Source of the DNA: Takakia lepidozioides
Taxonomy: Eukaryota > Plantae > Bryophyta
Direction: 5' to 3'
NCBI GenBank assembly: GCA_030704615.1
Contig: CM060732.1
Coordinates: forward strand, 27,714,001-27,778,000
DNA: 64,000 bases
A program made the translations under genes and the position numbers. The notes below the pieces were generated by a model. It was not told where the DNA came from. It worked only from the letters and a program-made list of their open reading frames with translations, and did not search any database. Positions 51,908-64,000 of this stretch are shown here, one piece after another. Numbering within the stretch: position 1 is the stretch's first letter; each line of letters opens with the position of its first letter.

Positions 51908-52224
51908 TGTCAAGTTATTTTACCACTAGTGTGAAACTAGCTAGGAAATAGCTAGCTTTTACATATTGACATTTGGGATTGGCCCAAGTGTCAATCCAGG
52001 GGTCAAAGTAGATTTAGGCCCTGGAGTGGTTATCTTCACGGCAAGCGCGGGAGGCTCATCTTTCTCGAGTTGAGCCTCACCGCGCCTAGCTATGGCGCCG
52101 TAGTGTGGATTCCCCATGGCGTGGGGTGCACTTGGCTTGACTTGTATTTGAGTGATGAGGTTATATATGCATGAGTTTATGCTTCAGATTTGTGAGCTCG
52201 TGCTTGTATTCCTCTTCTTTATCA
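51908..52224 (+). repeat. Terminal repeat A2 (317 bp)
   Basis: Copy of 43376-43692, separated from B1 by GC and from B2 by T. Confidence 0.95.
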
Positions 52225-52225
52225 T

Positions 52226-52402
52226 TGTGTGGACTAGTGACTGCCATAGTGGGCAGCATAGTGGCAGCCTAGTGACTGACTAGTTGTAGCCTAGTGGTTG
52301 GACTAGTGGCTGGACTAGTGGTATACTAGTGTGTGGTGTGCACATGTGTTGTGTGGTTTTGGACAGCGATGTATTTGTGTAGCGATATGTATGCGCATGA
52401 CA
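52226..52402 (+). repeat. Terminal repeat B2 (177 bp)
   Basis: Copy of B1, ending TGACA at the element's right boundary. Confidence 0.93.
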
Positions 52403-55400
52403 ACATTGTAAACAGCCCCTATGTCAATCTTGTGAGGGCACTTGTCCCTTATGACCACCTCCATCCCAGCAGCATTGTGGAAGGACAAGTAACGCACATA
52501 GACGTCATGCTCCAAGGTGAACGAGAACTCCCTCCTCCCGAAAAAGGAGGGGTCGCACCCTGGATGCTTTCCATCTGTAGACCCCACACATGCAAAATTG
52601 CAGCCCCTTCTCTCCTGAGGACAAGCCATCTCAAATCATTGCTTCAAGTATAAACGGCTGCTAAAAGTCACATCTCATAGTTATAGCAGCAAAAGAAGTG
52701 AAAGTGCGACTTGTAACAGCTACAGTTCCCTTACTAAAGTCATCCGCTCCACTTCAAATTCCTACAGGTCTCCGTATATGTTAAAAATAAATAAATAAAT
52801 AAACTTTGCTAAGTCCAGGGAAAGATCAAAGAGCTTATTAAAAAAAAAACAGGGTACAAGACAGAATGCTGAACAAGGAGTCCAAACACAGCTACTCTAA
52901 GGTGGTAAACAAACAAAGAGAGATGACAAACTCCCGAGTCATTGACAAAGACCACATTGTTTGGGAATTTACCTTGTCCATATGACAACCACTTGTGCAT
53001 CCCTGCATAAGGAAATAGCCTTCCTGGTAGCACATCAAACACGTGAGCTCAATCTACGGGCCTGGAATGCGAAGGTACGAAAACATGCGATTCGCATCAA
53101 CATCAATAATAGAGTCTGAATGAGGTAGCAAAGAGACCTAGCAGCTCAAAATGGCAGACCGGGCAGATCAGACGCATTGTGCGTGTACATGCGTTGAATC
53201 CATGTGGAGTCGACCGATGAGATTATGACCAGACAAACCAATATGGGAGAAGACATAAACTAGGTCCTGCAATTCACACTGTCAGGCCATCCAAGACTTA
53301 CCATAATAAAGCCGCAGAGAGTCAGGGCTAAATCCTTCACACAGCTGGCGGGTTTCTGCAATGTTTTTATTTGCATCATTGTTCTCGTCAAACTCCGCGC
53401 GGTCCTCATCCATGGGCTCCGGGGGTTGTTCTCCCATGGTCCTCGATTCAAGTGAACACAAAAGACTCTAGAGATAAGGAAAATGAAGGTACATTTCAGC
53501 TACCGTCCAGTCCCTCACAGACTGGTGAACAATGTTGTGTACTCTGTGGCTACATTCACAACAAACAACAGACTAGATTTACAGAGACATTCTCAAAATC
53601 CTCCTTGGAGCTCCAGTGTAACACGCAATGGACCCCTTTCTCACAAGCGGACCAAGAAGAAAGGAAGAGCGCCAATAGAGGATGAAAAAAGTGGGAAAGG
53701 ATTGTTGGCTGTACAGGCTTCCTTAGTGATGAGCTCACTCTATCATCCGTAGGGACACATCCATTCAGTTCTCATCCCCGTGAATCATCTATCTCCTCGT
53801 TGTCCACGGGAGTCTCAATGGATGTATGAACCCAAGAACTTGGATGTATAATAAAGTTTTGCCCGTAGTAGATGGAATGTATGTAGATGGAAGCAGCTGA
53901 TTAGGGTGGGTTGAGCTGATTCACAGTGGTCGGCCAGCTCCTGTGACATGGCCCAACTGCGATGCCATTTGCGGTTTTGCCAATTTGCATGTTGCACTGT
54001 CTTGCGAAAAGCTCAGGCTAAAGCAGAGCGGTTAGCTTAAATTAAACATGGTGCTTGGTGCTGGCTAAACCTATCGTGGAGACTCATATTGCATCCGCGC
54101 TACTGCCTTTCGTGAACACTACGGGCAAGAGATGTGGATATGGAAGCAATGCATTTTATAGAGTTCTGGATTAGCAACAACCGGTGCATAACCAAGAGAA
54201 TAAGTGGAGCGTGTCAGTGGACTGGAAGGTCGAAGAAGACAGAGAGACGCCATGTAGGGAATTCCAAAAAGGCCTTGATGTGAAATGCATCGCAATTCAC
54301 TTGATCAGTGCGCAATTTAATTGAATTGCAAGGGCAATTCAATTGAACTAACCCTAATTTGCAATTCAATTGAATCGCTAGTTGGCAATTCAATTGAATT
54401 GTAATCTATTATTTTTTAACTTATTTTTGTATATAATATATAATATATTATCATTTATATGTATATGTATATGCATCGTATACACATATACATACGAGAG
54501 TATAAGCTGAATATACATGCTGCCCGTCTATTCTTGCTGCCCGTCCATCCTTTGCTTGTGGTAAGGCCTAAGTCACAAGATGAGTCGCGTAGCCTAAAGG
54601 AGAGAGATGAGAGAGAGAGAGTACGAGAGCGAGGGAAAGGGAGAGAGAAATGAAGTGATGAAGGCTTTTTAGGGCAGAGGTGCCCTAAAAGTGAAAGGAT
54701 CAAATCAGTTGGAGGACGAGAAGTAGCGAGAGAAGAATGCAACAACAAGAGATTTGTGGAGCGGTGGTGAAGCGGTGGTGGCGCTATGTATGATGGAAGC
54801 CTTCTTGGATCACCAAATGACAAGATCTGCCCATGAGTAAGCACATTCCCATACTGGCATGAGTTCCCCCAATCATTGATAAAGATATCATTTTAGCTAA
54901 AGCTGTACTTCTTATGTACGTGCAGGTGACTCATGAGCTTTGAGGAGAGAACTTTAGGGGTAGTAGAGTGGGTTACCAAACGCTCCTCAACACACACACT
55001 GAAAGAAAGAGCTTGATCACATGGTTTGTCTTCAACCCACCCACACTGTGTACTGTGGTTTGCTAATACATTTTAGGATAGAGTAGTTGTTGTTTCAAAG
55101 TACATTTGGTTCATCTACTTGATAGCCTATGTGAACTTTAGTGACGTAAGTCCTATGGGGAGTGTGTGAGTGGATGCAGCGACTACAGAATTAACAACAA
55201 ACAATTACAACAAGGGCAAGGTCGAAGGCATTGGCACTGGGGCAGCCCAATTGCAACATGATACCTTTGTAAGGGTATCGAAACAAGATTATTGGAGATA
55301 ATTCGCAAAATGAACATGTCATTTGTTTTCTTTGGGGTTGTGTCATGGGGGCCACATTCCAGTGCCAGGGGACTACATGATGATGCAGGGGAAGCCATTC

Positions 55401-55699
55401 ATCAATTGTCAGGTTTGAAATTGTCTGTTTCTTTCAGAGCTAGCCATATTTCTTTTGCCAGTGAATCACAGGAAGCTGAAGCACTTCTGAGTAAGCCATC
55501 TGTCTCCCAAAGGGTCCCCCAAAAAATGAGATGGAGCTAGCCCTGGCATGCACATCAAACCCATTTAGCTCACAAGCAGTTTAAGGAGGTTTGCATAAAC
55601 ATTTGGCCAAGGTTTGAGGGCTTTGGCTCATTCCAACAACAGTATTTACCAAAGCACATAACGTGCTTGTAATAACACTCGGGCTGCATGTGGGGTACA

Positions 55700-56740
55700 T
55701 GGGATGCTGAATGGAAGTTGAGGAATTTCAAAGGCTGGAGTGGGAATCGAGAGCATGAATGTTGAGTTCTGCAATAGTGATGAGATTATGGTTGTAGTGC
55801 AACGTTGTAGTGGGTTTGTTATTGGCAGCCCAACACTTGCAAGCCACATGCCCACTTCTATGAAGGTGTGACTGGTGATCTAGTGACCAGTCACTTAGTC
55901 AAACCAGCGATAATGGATTGTGATGACAATATAGGGATCCGACATGCCAGCCTTGGCATTCCTGGCAAGGGATGTGCACGACGTAATCGCAGGTGCGGGA
56001 GGGCTTTTGTGCGTGGAAGGGGGCCGACAGCCAAGGTCACATGCAGACGAGAATGATCCACCCTATATGTGTGATTGGGATTTTTGTTTTCCTCCACAAT
56101 CTATCATGGTTGTTTGCAACCCTGTAACAGAGGACTATACATTCGTCCCGCCTTTATGAAAGCATTTGGAAAGCAAGGTACACTAGCTACATCCGTTCAC
56201 TTATTTGTCTCGGACAACCTCTTCATCTTTCAGATCTTGGGTTCATATGTGATTGTCTTCAGACATATTTATTTTCGGGATAGTGGACATTTCAATTCTT
56301 TCCCTCTTCTTTCCTCTTTGGTTTCATTGCTATGCATCTTGCAATGTAAGTTTGCAACTCCATACATGATCAGTTTTGGCAGGTGGTTCGCATGGATTTG
56401 AACCGCTCATGCGACAAAGGGTACACCATCATTGTTGTGGGGTACAACAAGGTTTTGGCACGAGACAGGCCTGATGTCTTGGAGATGGTGGTTGCCATCT
56501 AGAGGGGAGTGGGTGTATTGGCATGATACTAGCGGGTTGCGAACCAATAGTTGTGGACAAAGCTCGTTGGCACTTATCGATGGAATTATTTGCATTAGTT
56601 GGACTTCGCAGATGTAGAGACACTTTCCAGCAGTTTGCCTTCAGGTCATAAGTTTTCTGGACGACAATCAATTGATTATTGAAGCCCCACTCCTTCTGCA
56701 AGCACCGCTCGAGGCAAAGTTCCATGTAGACGTCAGGAGA
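55700..56740 (+). pseudogene. Possible degraded F-box-associated gene fragment
   Basis: Only short motifs (IMVVCNPVTEDYTFVPPL; SSLALIDGIIC); heavily disrupted. Confidence 0.3.
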
Positions 56741-56930
56741 TCCTTGGAGCTATACAGCCAAGCAGCAACCACCAAGGCCATTAATTTGTTGGTGCATATT
56801 CACATCATTTAGGAGTTTTTGTGTCTCTAACAAGAACCCCCTATCTGTCATAATCATACCTTGAGAAGTTTGGCATCAACATAATTTGTTGCTAGCTACT
56901 AGTAGTGTCTAAACCCTAAACCCTAAACCC

Positions 56931-58440
56931 TCATTGTTAGACCTAGAAGTTCTACCAAGGATACTGTAGTGAGTTTCAAAGGTTTTGACAATGTCAACCG
57001 ATGAAGTCACCACTGCACCTTTAGTAGTCTTCAGCGCTTGTACTTGCTAACCGTTTTTCGGTTTGTACAAACGTTGAAGGGCCAACCAGAATATCTTGTC
57101 ATTACCACCATGGTGGTTTGAGTTTATTTCACTGTATAACTTGTCCCAGTATAATTTTTTTCTGAGACCTAACAAGCTGATTGATATCTTTACGGAGCTG
57201 GTAGTACCTCGCCCACAATTCTCTGTTGGTTTCCAAATTGCAGCACTGTTTATAGAGGGCTCGTCTCTCAGCTATCTTGAGTTTAATCTCATTAGTCCAC
57301 CAATTAACTGCTCTACCGCAGACAATTAGTTTCCTCCCATTGATCTTGTCAGCCACGGAGGAAACGAAACTCTCCCAAGAGTCCACTGCTCTTTCGACTT
57401 CATTTCTTGCGTTAACAGAGCGTGACTGAAGTTCTTGGAGCGATTGGACAAAATGAGGGAGAGCCACTTGCAAGGCCTGGACGTACTCAGCCTTGACCTC
57501 CTCATTGTGGAATTTTTCTATGCGCCACTTCCGAATCGAACGTTTCACAGATCTCTTGGTGGTGGGAAAACACCTTTTGATCTTAGTCCAAACCAGGAAG
57601 TGGTCAGAGGTACCAATATCAGTTCTGTCGATCAACACATCGGCACACTGGGGGAACAAAAATTTGTCCATTATGATATAGTCCACAATGGAACGTTCCC
57701 CAGTTTGGGGTTTCTCACGAGTCCACTGCACTTGGTCACCTCTTGTCCTGTTATTCAAGGTCAAAAGTTGAAGCTCTTCTAGACAGTTAATTAACCGTCT
57801 GCCATTAGAATTCAGCTCGTCCTCACCAAAAGGTCCAATGATATCGTCCTGATGGATCCCTTTGCCCACCCAGGCATTGAAGTCCCCCAATAGTACCACC
57901 TGACCTTTGGCAAGGAACGAAGCACAGTCCAGCTTCAAAACTTGTGAGGCCTTGTCTGCGTCAGCACTAAGGGTCCCCTCTGTGGGCATGTAAACACAAC
58001 CAACAAAGAGGTCCAGTCGAGTACTCATGCCGCCCTTCAAATTCAGTTTTAGCCAGATACTATGCTCGTACCTCAAACCCTTGTTGATAATTTCACAATT
58101 GTCAAACAAGAAATCACGGACGAACTTCTTTGAGATTGAATTGATGCGGGACTCTATTAGAAGCACTTTTGGTCATTGCAACCTTCAACGTACCCATGTT
58201 ATCAAGTCTCGAGATGGTACCATTAGCCATGAAATCCAAGCCTAAGCTAGAGCATGTCGTTTTAAAGGACACATCGTCCATCCTGGGATTCACCCCAAAA
58301 ACTACACATGAAGCCCTAGATTTGGCATAAGTAACCAATTCCCAGGGATCACCCTGAGGAGTGTTGATGTTGATAGGAGCTAAATTTTTGATTGTTTTCG
58401 TAGGCCATAAGTTTAAGCACATGAACCAACCCGAGCCCAA
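56931..58440 (-). mobile_element. LINE fragment: APE endonuclease region of ORF2
   Basis: FVGCVYMP; VVLLGDFNAWVG; NSNGRRL; SIVDYII; SDHFLVW; NWWTNEIK. Truncated before RT at a (TTTAGGG)3 tract. Confidence 0.88.
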
Positions 58441-58765
58441 GTGTCGAGTATGCTAGACAGAGCATACGACTGCCCAATTTGGGCGGAGGGGCTGCCCCCA
58501 AGCGGTAGGACTCCGCTTGTTACCATTCAGAGATCACACTCCAGGGAGTTGCAGGGAATGGCCCGTGTAGGCATATTCTAAAGAGGGAAAGGCCCCAAGC
58601 TTTCCAACTAAATCCAATGCACTACCTTACCTGAAGCAAAGCGCTTAAGGTCGAAACAAACAAGGACACGAGGTCACAAGGCCGACATTTAGCCACAGAG
58701 ACATTAATGTACTCCCGTTTCAAGTCCACCCAATGTCAATAGGCTTCCTAGAGGACAGGGAGAAA

Positions 58766-58873
<108 letters not shown>

Positions 58874-60924
58874 AATGAAATGAAATGGACTTTATAACGT
58901 CTGCAAAAAACTCAAAGAGCTTATGGGAGAAAATGGAAAAAAACATGAGAGAGGAAACAAAACCAGAGCCAAAAAACAGCCCAAAAGCAACTACTGCTCA
59001 AGGGATTGTCTAAGGGTCAAGGCCTCGTGCAGGTAAGCTGCCAAGCATTTGTGATCCTCGTAGTGGAAGACTTCAGTGAGAGATTGAGTTCCGCGGAATA
59101 GACAGTGGAATCTCCCACGGATCTTGTAATACAGAGGGCAATAGAAGAAGTGTTCTTCAGTTTCAATTTCCTGGTTACGCCCCGTGCAAGCTGGGCATAG
59201 GCGGTCCTCCCGTTGCAGGTTTAGGGAGAGAGAAAATGACCTGAAATGGTACTTTATAACGTCCGCGGAGGCTCAGAGTTGAGAGAGAGAGAGAGATGAG
59301 AGCCTCTTCCGCTCAAGCTTTCGGAAATAATGAACAACCTAACTATGTGGCGTCAATTTGTCCACTTTTGATTTTCCTTTGTTGAGGATGGGTGCTACGA
59401 TTGTTCTGATTGTGGTGAGGTGCAAAGAGCGAAGAGAAGAAAAAATAGCACTATTTGGGAGTTTGAGGTTCTTCTTCAGGGTCTTTAGGGTCTGGTTGTT
59501 TGTTTCTCCCTTGGCACCTAAGGTGATATTAGTTGTCCTCCGCATACATATCCACCACACCAGAAAGAGAAGAAAGCTCTTTGAACTTACTTGAAGCATC
59601 TTGTATTTCCGAGGGTGCAACATCCTTCATACTCAGGATGGACACGGTTGCCTTACCAAATGTGTCAGCTCTGCTGCTGCCTCTTCCTTGGCCTCTTCCT
59701 GTCCACCCAACCATGACACGTACCATGAAAAACTCACTTGACATTTCTATCCCACTCTTCTTATTGAGTAAACCAGAAACAATAGACAATCATGTAGCCA
59801 AGTGCTACGCGATGAACAGCTGTAGATTCTAACAAGCGAGGACTGGGATAAAAACAGAGATAAGAATGCGTACGTTGCCAATTTATCTTGAGTTTCTTTG
59901 GCTATCATGCATTATACCTCTGTAGGTATACTAAACAGGGCAACTACCTCATAACTATACCTCAACCTGACCAAGTTTCTTTGTAAGTCAGGCGCTATGC
60001 CTCTGGTGGTATACTAAACATGGCTACTGTCTCATGACGATACCTCCGCATAAATATAGATTAATTTGGCCAACTTTTCTTGTAAAATGAAATACTATAC
60101 CTCTGTAGATATATCAAACAGGGCTACAACCTAATGACGATACCTCTACTAGTACATATCTCTCTCTCATCTCTCTCCTTTAGGCTACGCGACTCATCTC
60201 GTGACTTAGGCCTTACGACAAGCAAAGGATGGACGGGCAGCAGGAATAGACGGGCAACATGTATATTCAGCTTATACTCTCGTATGTATATGTGTATACG
60301 ATGCATATACATGATAATATATTATATACAAAAATAAGTTAAAAATTATAGATTACAATTCAATTGAATTGTAGTCAGCAATTCAATTGAATTGCCAACT
60401 CGCGATTCAATTGAATTGTGAATTGGCAATTCAATCGAATTGCGAGTTGACAATTCAATTGAATTGTTGACTGCAATTCAATTGAATTACGAGTTGACAA
60501 TTCAATTGAATTGCCAATTCGCAATTCAATTGAATCGTGTGCCGACAATTCAATTGAATTGCAAATTAGGGTTAGTTCAATTGAATTGCCCTTGCAATTG
60601 AATTGAATTGCGCACTGATCAAGTGAATTGCGATGCATTTCACATCAAGGCCTTTTTGGAATTCCCTAGCCATGGCCATATAGACTGATTTCTAGCTTAG
60701 TAACAAAAAGAGAATTACGTGGTGTAGATTGCAATAGCAGTGTGACTGGCCTTTGATTGAATGGACTCAGAGCAGAGACGAGCGAACGTGGAAACGGTGG
60801 AAGCGCGTGGCAACTGAGAGCTTTACAACCTCAGTGTTGATTCTACGGCTGTGGGCGATTTAGGGTTTCGGGGTTGACTTCACCGGTGGCTCTCCCGGGG
60901 CCTGCATCAGTCAGCCTGGACAAC

Positions 60925-61126
60925 ATGGCGCAGGGTGGCTGGCTGGACAAACTCTGGACTCTGCCTGGACTTGCTGAGGAGGAAAGGGGCGTTATACATG
61001 CGGGTCTCATTAGCTATGAGGATGGGGGTGGGGACCCAGAGCGCTACTTCCCCCGACGTGGGACAGATGGTGGGATTGTCGCAGGCCTGAAGCACGCATT
61101 CCTACGAGCTCCTGCTCCTGCTCCTG
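60925..61126 (+). CDS. Putative N-terminal header exon of a third CR-type gene (body not in window)
   Basis: MAQGGWLDKLW...APAPAP G|GTATGT phase-1 donor, followed by intron modules shared (inverted) with 11700-12320 and 31340-31720. Confidence 0.5.
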
Positions 61127-62957
61127 GTATGTTTCACTCCTAGCTGCTTTATTGGATAGGTTTTGTAGACTCTTTGCCGCTTTATTGGATAGATGTCTTT
61201 TCATTCTTATTCACGGTTGTTTATTGTTTGTATGTGGAATTCTGTTTGCCGACACACTCGTTTTGGAGTAAGGGTTTTCACAAGGATTATATGCATTGCA
61301 CTGCTTCTTGGAAATGTCTGGCCGTGAACCTTTGTGGGCACTTGTCGTGCGAGGTCAGAGGGCAAGCCCTTCTGAATCTCTTGAAGCGCAGTGGTCGGTC
61401 AAATTGCGGCAGATGATGGCAGGTTTAAAGTGTTGTGTGGCCTGAAACCCTAACTCTAAACCGTCATTTTGGTAGTTCACTTGTGAGTGATTGCCGTCCT
61501 TGCATCCACTTCTATTTTTATTGTGAGGGAGAGGGAGTCTTCCTTTGTGTCTCTGGAGCTCTCTTGGATTTTTTGCATCCATAACCATAACCCCAACAGT
61601 TTTGGACGGGCTCAATGGCATCCCAAGAGTATGTACAGGGTTAGGGTTTCAAATCTTCATCTGATTTTTGTTACGTCTTTTGCTTCTTGGTTGAACTGTG
61701 TTGTGTCTGTCTTCGCAGCCTACTTTCTTTGTTGGGATTGTCGGTTATGGAAACCATGGTTGATGGTTTAGGGTGTCAGATAGTGCGTCAAGGAGGGAGT
61801 CTGGTGAGTGTAAGTTTGTAGGGTTTGCTACCAATGTGTGAAGAATGAGTTTCTGTTCTCTCTTCAGTACTTTGATGCATGTGACTTGCGAATCAGTAGT
61901 GTTGTTCAAACCTTTACGATTTCTTGAGTACCATCTTCAGAGGATAGAAAACTCTAGCCGAAATTGTGCGCATGTTTTGAGCTGTTAATTGGTCGATGAT
62001 AGAATGTGGTTGTTGGTGACTTATGTGAGTTAACCAAAACCGCCTTGGCTGCAGAACCTTCTGTGACAGTGTTCACCCATTAGCTAGGGTGTCAGATAGT
62101 GCGTCATGGAGAGAGTCCGGTGAATGTCCATGGGTTGCCTAGGGCAGTCTGAGCCCGTTTGTTTTTATGTCTGCAATTCTGATGATGGGCAGGCACATTT
62201 TGAATTCTTGCAAGACAATTGGGCAGTTGATTGTTGAACCCGCTGCAGTTGCTGATTTGTTCAATGATTCGTTCAATGCGTAGCTTGGAGTTAAGTGTTT
62301 GCAATTTTTTTGGTTTCTTGGCTGCGTTGTGCACTCAGGGTTTCAACAGCTTCTCCCAATCCCGTGTGTGATCCTGTGTACGGTTGATACACGCAGTTTA
62401 TTCATTCGATAGATCCATGTTAACAAGTAAAATATTGAGGAGGGTCCTTTGAAAGACACGGTTGTTTGTTATTTATATGTGGAATTCTGGTTGTGCACTA
62501 CATGATAGTTGCAACTCAACAACATGGGTTGGCTGTTGTGGGGATACTTCTCAAAGATTTTGTAGCACCTACAGCATGTAGCAGGGTTTTGCTTTTCTTC
62601 CTGCTTTTGTTGCTTTTCTTTGTTTTTCTGTCTTGAGTTCGAGTAGTTTAAGCAGTCAATGAACACAAGGTCAGGTGCTTAAGGTTTGCAAATAATTTAT
62701 TTATTCCGTAGGATGGAATCTGCTCAGATTCAAGATTGGATTGGATTGTAAGTAATCTCTGCATTTCAGTATGGTCTGTGATTGACCCTCATGCTTTTCT
62801 ATACCTTCTCTTTTGCTTTTGTTGCTTTTCTTTGTTTTTCTGTCTTGAGTTCGAGTAGTGCAAGCAGTCAATGAACAGAAGGTCAAGTGCTTAGGGTTTG
62901 CAAATAATTTATTTATTCCATAGGATGGAATCTGCTCAGATTCAAGATAGATTGTAC

Positions 62958-63797
62958 TCATAGGACGTTGTTTGCCGTAGCCTTGTGGACATTGACCCCG
63001 TGCCCAGTTTGAGCGGGAACAAAAGGGATAGAACCTACCTCTGTCAGGGGCTGACGTTGGTAGTAAGTCTTACCTTGATATTTAGAATTAATCCGGGTTT
63101 TCCAGATATCCTCTAGAAATCCCTTCACACAAGCATCAATCTGCTGTGTTTGATTTGCCCAAAAACTAGGCCTCAGGAGGGCCTGGGTTTTCGGCTCAGC
63201 CTCGAGACTTTCAAAGTTGGTAAACAGGGGTACAGGCACAATTCCCTTGATAGATTTGAAGAGAGCGTCTCTTTGGTGAGAGAACCCTGGACAGTGTATC
63301 AGAAAATGAATACTGTCTTCAGATTGCCCACACAATGGGCAATTGCACTCTCCCTTTCCTCTCTGCTTCTGTTTGCTGTTCAAAGGTAGGCTTCCTGCCC
63401 CGAGTTTAAATTTCAGTCTAGTGCCGAGAGTGGGTAGACCCTTGAGGTCATCCAAGATGTCCTCCCCCATGTCACTGACTGGAAACAGGTTCAGGGAAGT
63501 TTTCTGCCTAACTTCATTTTCATCAGACAATCTCATGGCAAAAGACATGGCTTTGGACACTACTGCCTCTAAGTCAGATTTATCCAGCAGGGTCAAGACT
63601 TGCGGCTCCAGGTCCAGGTCCTTGAGAATCTCTTCTACTCTCTTCTGCCAGGACTTAGCCTGTTTGACAGGGCGGTCCTGTTTCCAAGATATAGAGTCGA
63701 TTAACTTAGGATATCTGGTGTTGGGCATATGTTGCAGCTGACCCCACCATCTGACCTTGAATTCATCTCGTCGGGAGCTTAAGGACGGAATGCCAAA
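62958..63797 (-). mobile_element. LINE ORF2 3' end (zf-RVT-like cysteine motif)
   Basis: RWWGQL..MPNTRYPK; CPLCGQSEDSIHFLIHC; FLEDIWKTR. Confidence 0.8.
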
Positions 63798-64000
63798 GAT
63801 TCAAGATAGAACAACAATAGAACAATAGTGGAAAGAAAAGGGACAATTCTTCATGATTAGTTTGTTTCTTAGCTATGACTAGTGTTAGGGTAGTGACGTG
63901 CGGTTAACAATCTCCCTTTGAAGGTGGGGTTACTTTATTTTCATACTTGCCCTCTAGACACCCGATGACATTGCAAATCAATATGGGGATTTGTTTGATC

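Larger units (their letters stand above)
43376..52402 (+). mobile_element. Ty3/Gypsy-type retrotransposon with a DNA-cytosine methyltransferase domain and split direct terminal repeats (A1...B1-A2-B2); RNase H and integrase deleted
   Basis: Termini TGTCA...TGACA. ACAT is duplicated at 43372-43375 and 52403-52406; removal restores the PRIM1 exon end AVYNVD|GTAAG. Gag, protease, DNMT and RT motifs lie inside. Confidence 0.93.
39105..53437 (-). pseudogene. PRIM1: DNA primase small (catalytic) subunit pseudogene
   Basis: Exons SPDSLRLYYG / RLFPYAGMHKWLSYG / GRREFSFTLEHDVYVRYLSF...PHKIDIGAVYNVD / PAKR..ERELVFDI (frameshift, 42954-43035) / DMTDYDDICHCCSGADVC / RRCVEEIVFSYTYPRVDLE / NHMLKVPFCVHPKTG / RVCLPIDPQNCESFDP / LLNELN. 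The retroelement is inserted inside the KIDIG exon. Confidence 0.9.

Noticed and set aside
43376-52402. Interpretation as two nested ordinary LTR elements (A..A and B..B)
   Set aside because: The repeats are interleaved (A-B-A-B) rather than nested, there are no internal TSDs, and a single TSD brackets A1 and B2.
63800-64000. Possible LTR/PPT (AAGGGAGAT|TGTTAAC on the minus strand) at the window edge
   Set aside because: Too little sequence in the window to support an element call.

Overview
Repeat-rich eukaryotic nuclear DNA, most likely from a non-seed land plant (TTTAGGG telomere repeats, PLS-type PPR fragment, GT-AG introns). It is almost entirely transposable elements and pseudogenes. 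Main contents: (1) A Ty3/Gypsy-type retroelement (43376-52402, +) encoding Gag, protease, a C5 DNA-cytosine methyltransferase and RT. Its termini are not ordinary LTRs but split direct repeats, A1-internal-PPT-B1-gc-A2-t-B2, with a 4-bp target duplication and a self-complementary, non-tRNA primer site. A diverged relative (2898-9682, -) starts at the same A terminus. (2) A head-to-tail chain of endonuclease-less Penelope-like elements with hammerhead ribozymes, interleaved with (CCCTAAA)n tracts (about 13.9-28.1 kb), which looks like a fossil telomere. (3) A non-autonomous CACTA element carrying PPR fragments, and a long-TIR element with a 6-bp TSD. (4) Three Crinkler-like (REase+kinase) loci with different N-terminal exons but shared phase-1 introns. 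(5) A DNA primase small-subunit pseudogene disrupted by the Gypsy insertion, frameshifts and an internal inversion. (6) LINE fragments. All calls come from reading the sequence and ORF track by eye; no database searches were run.
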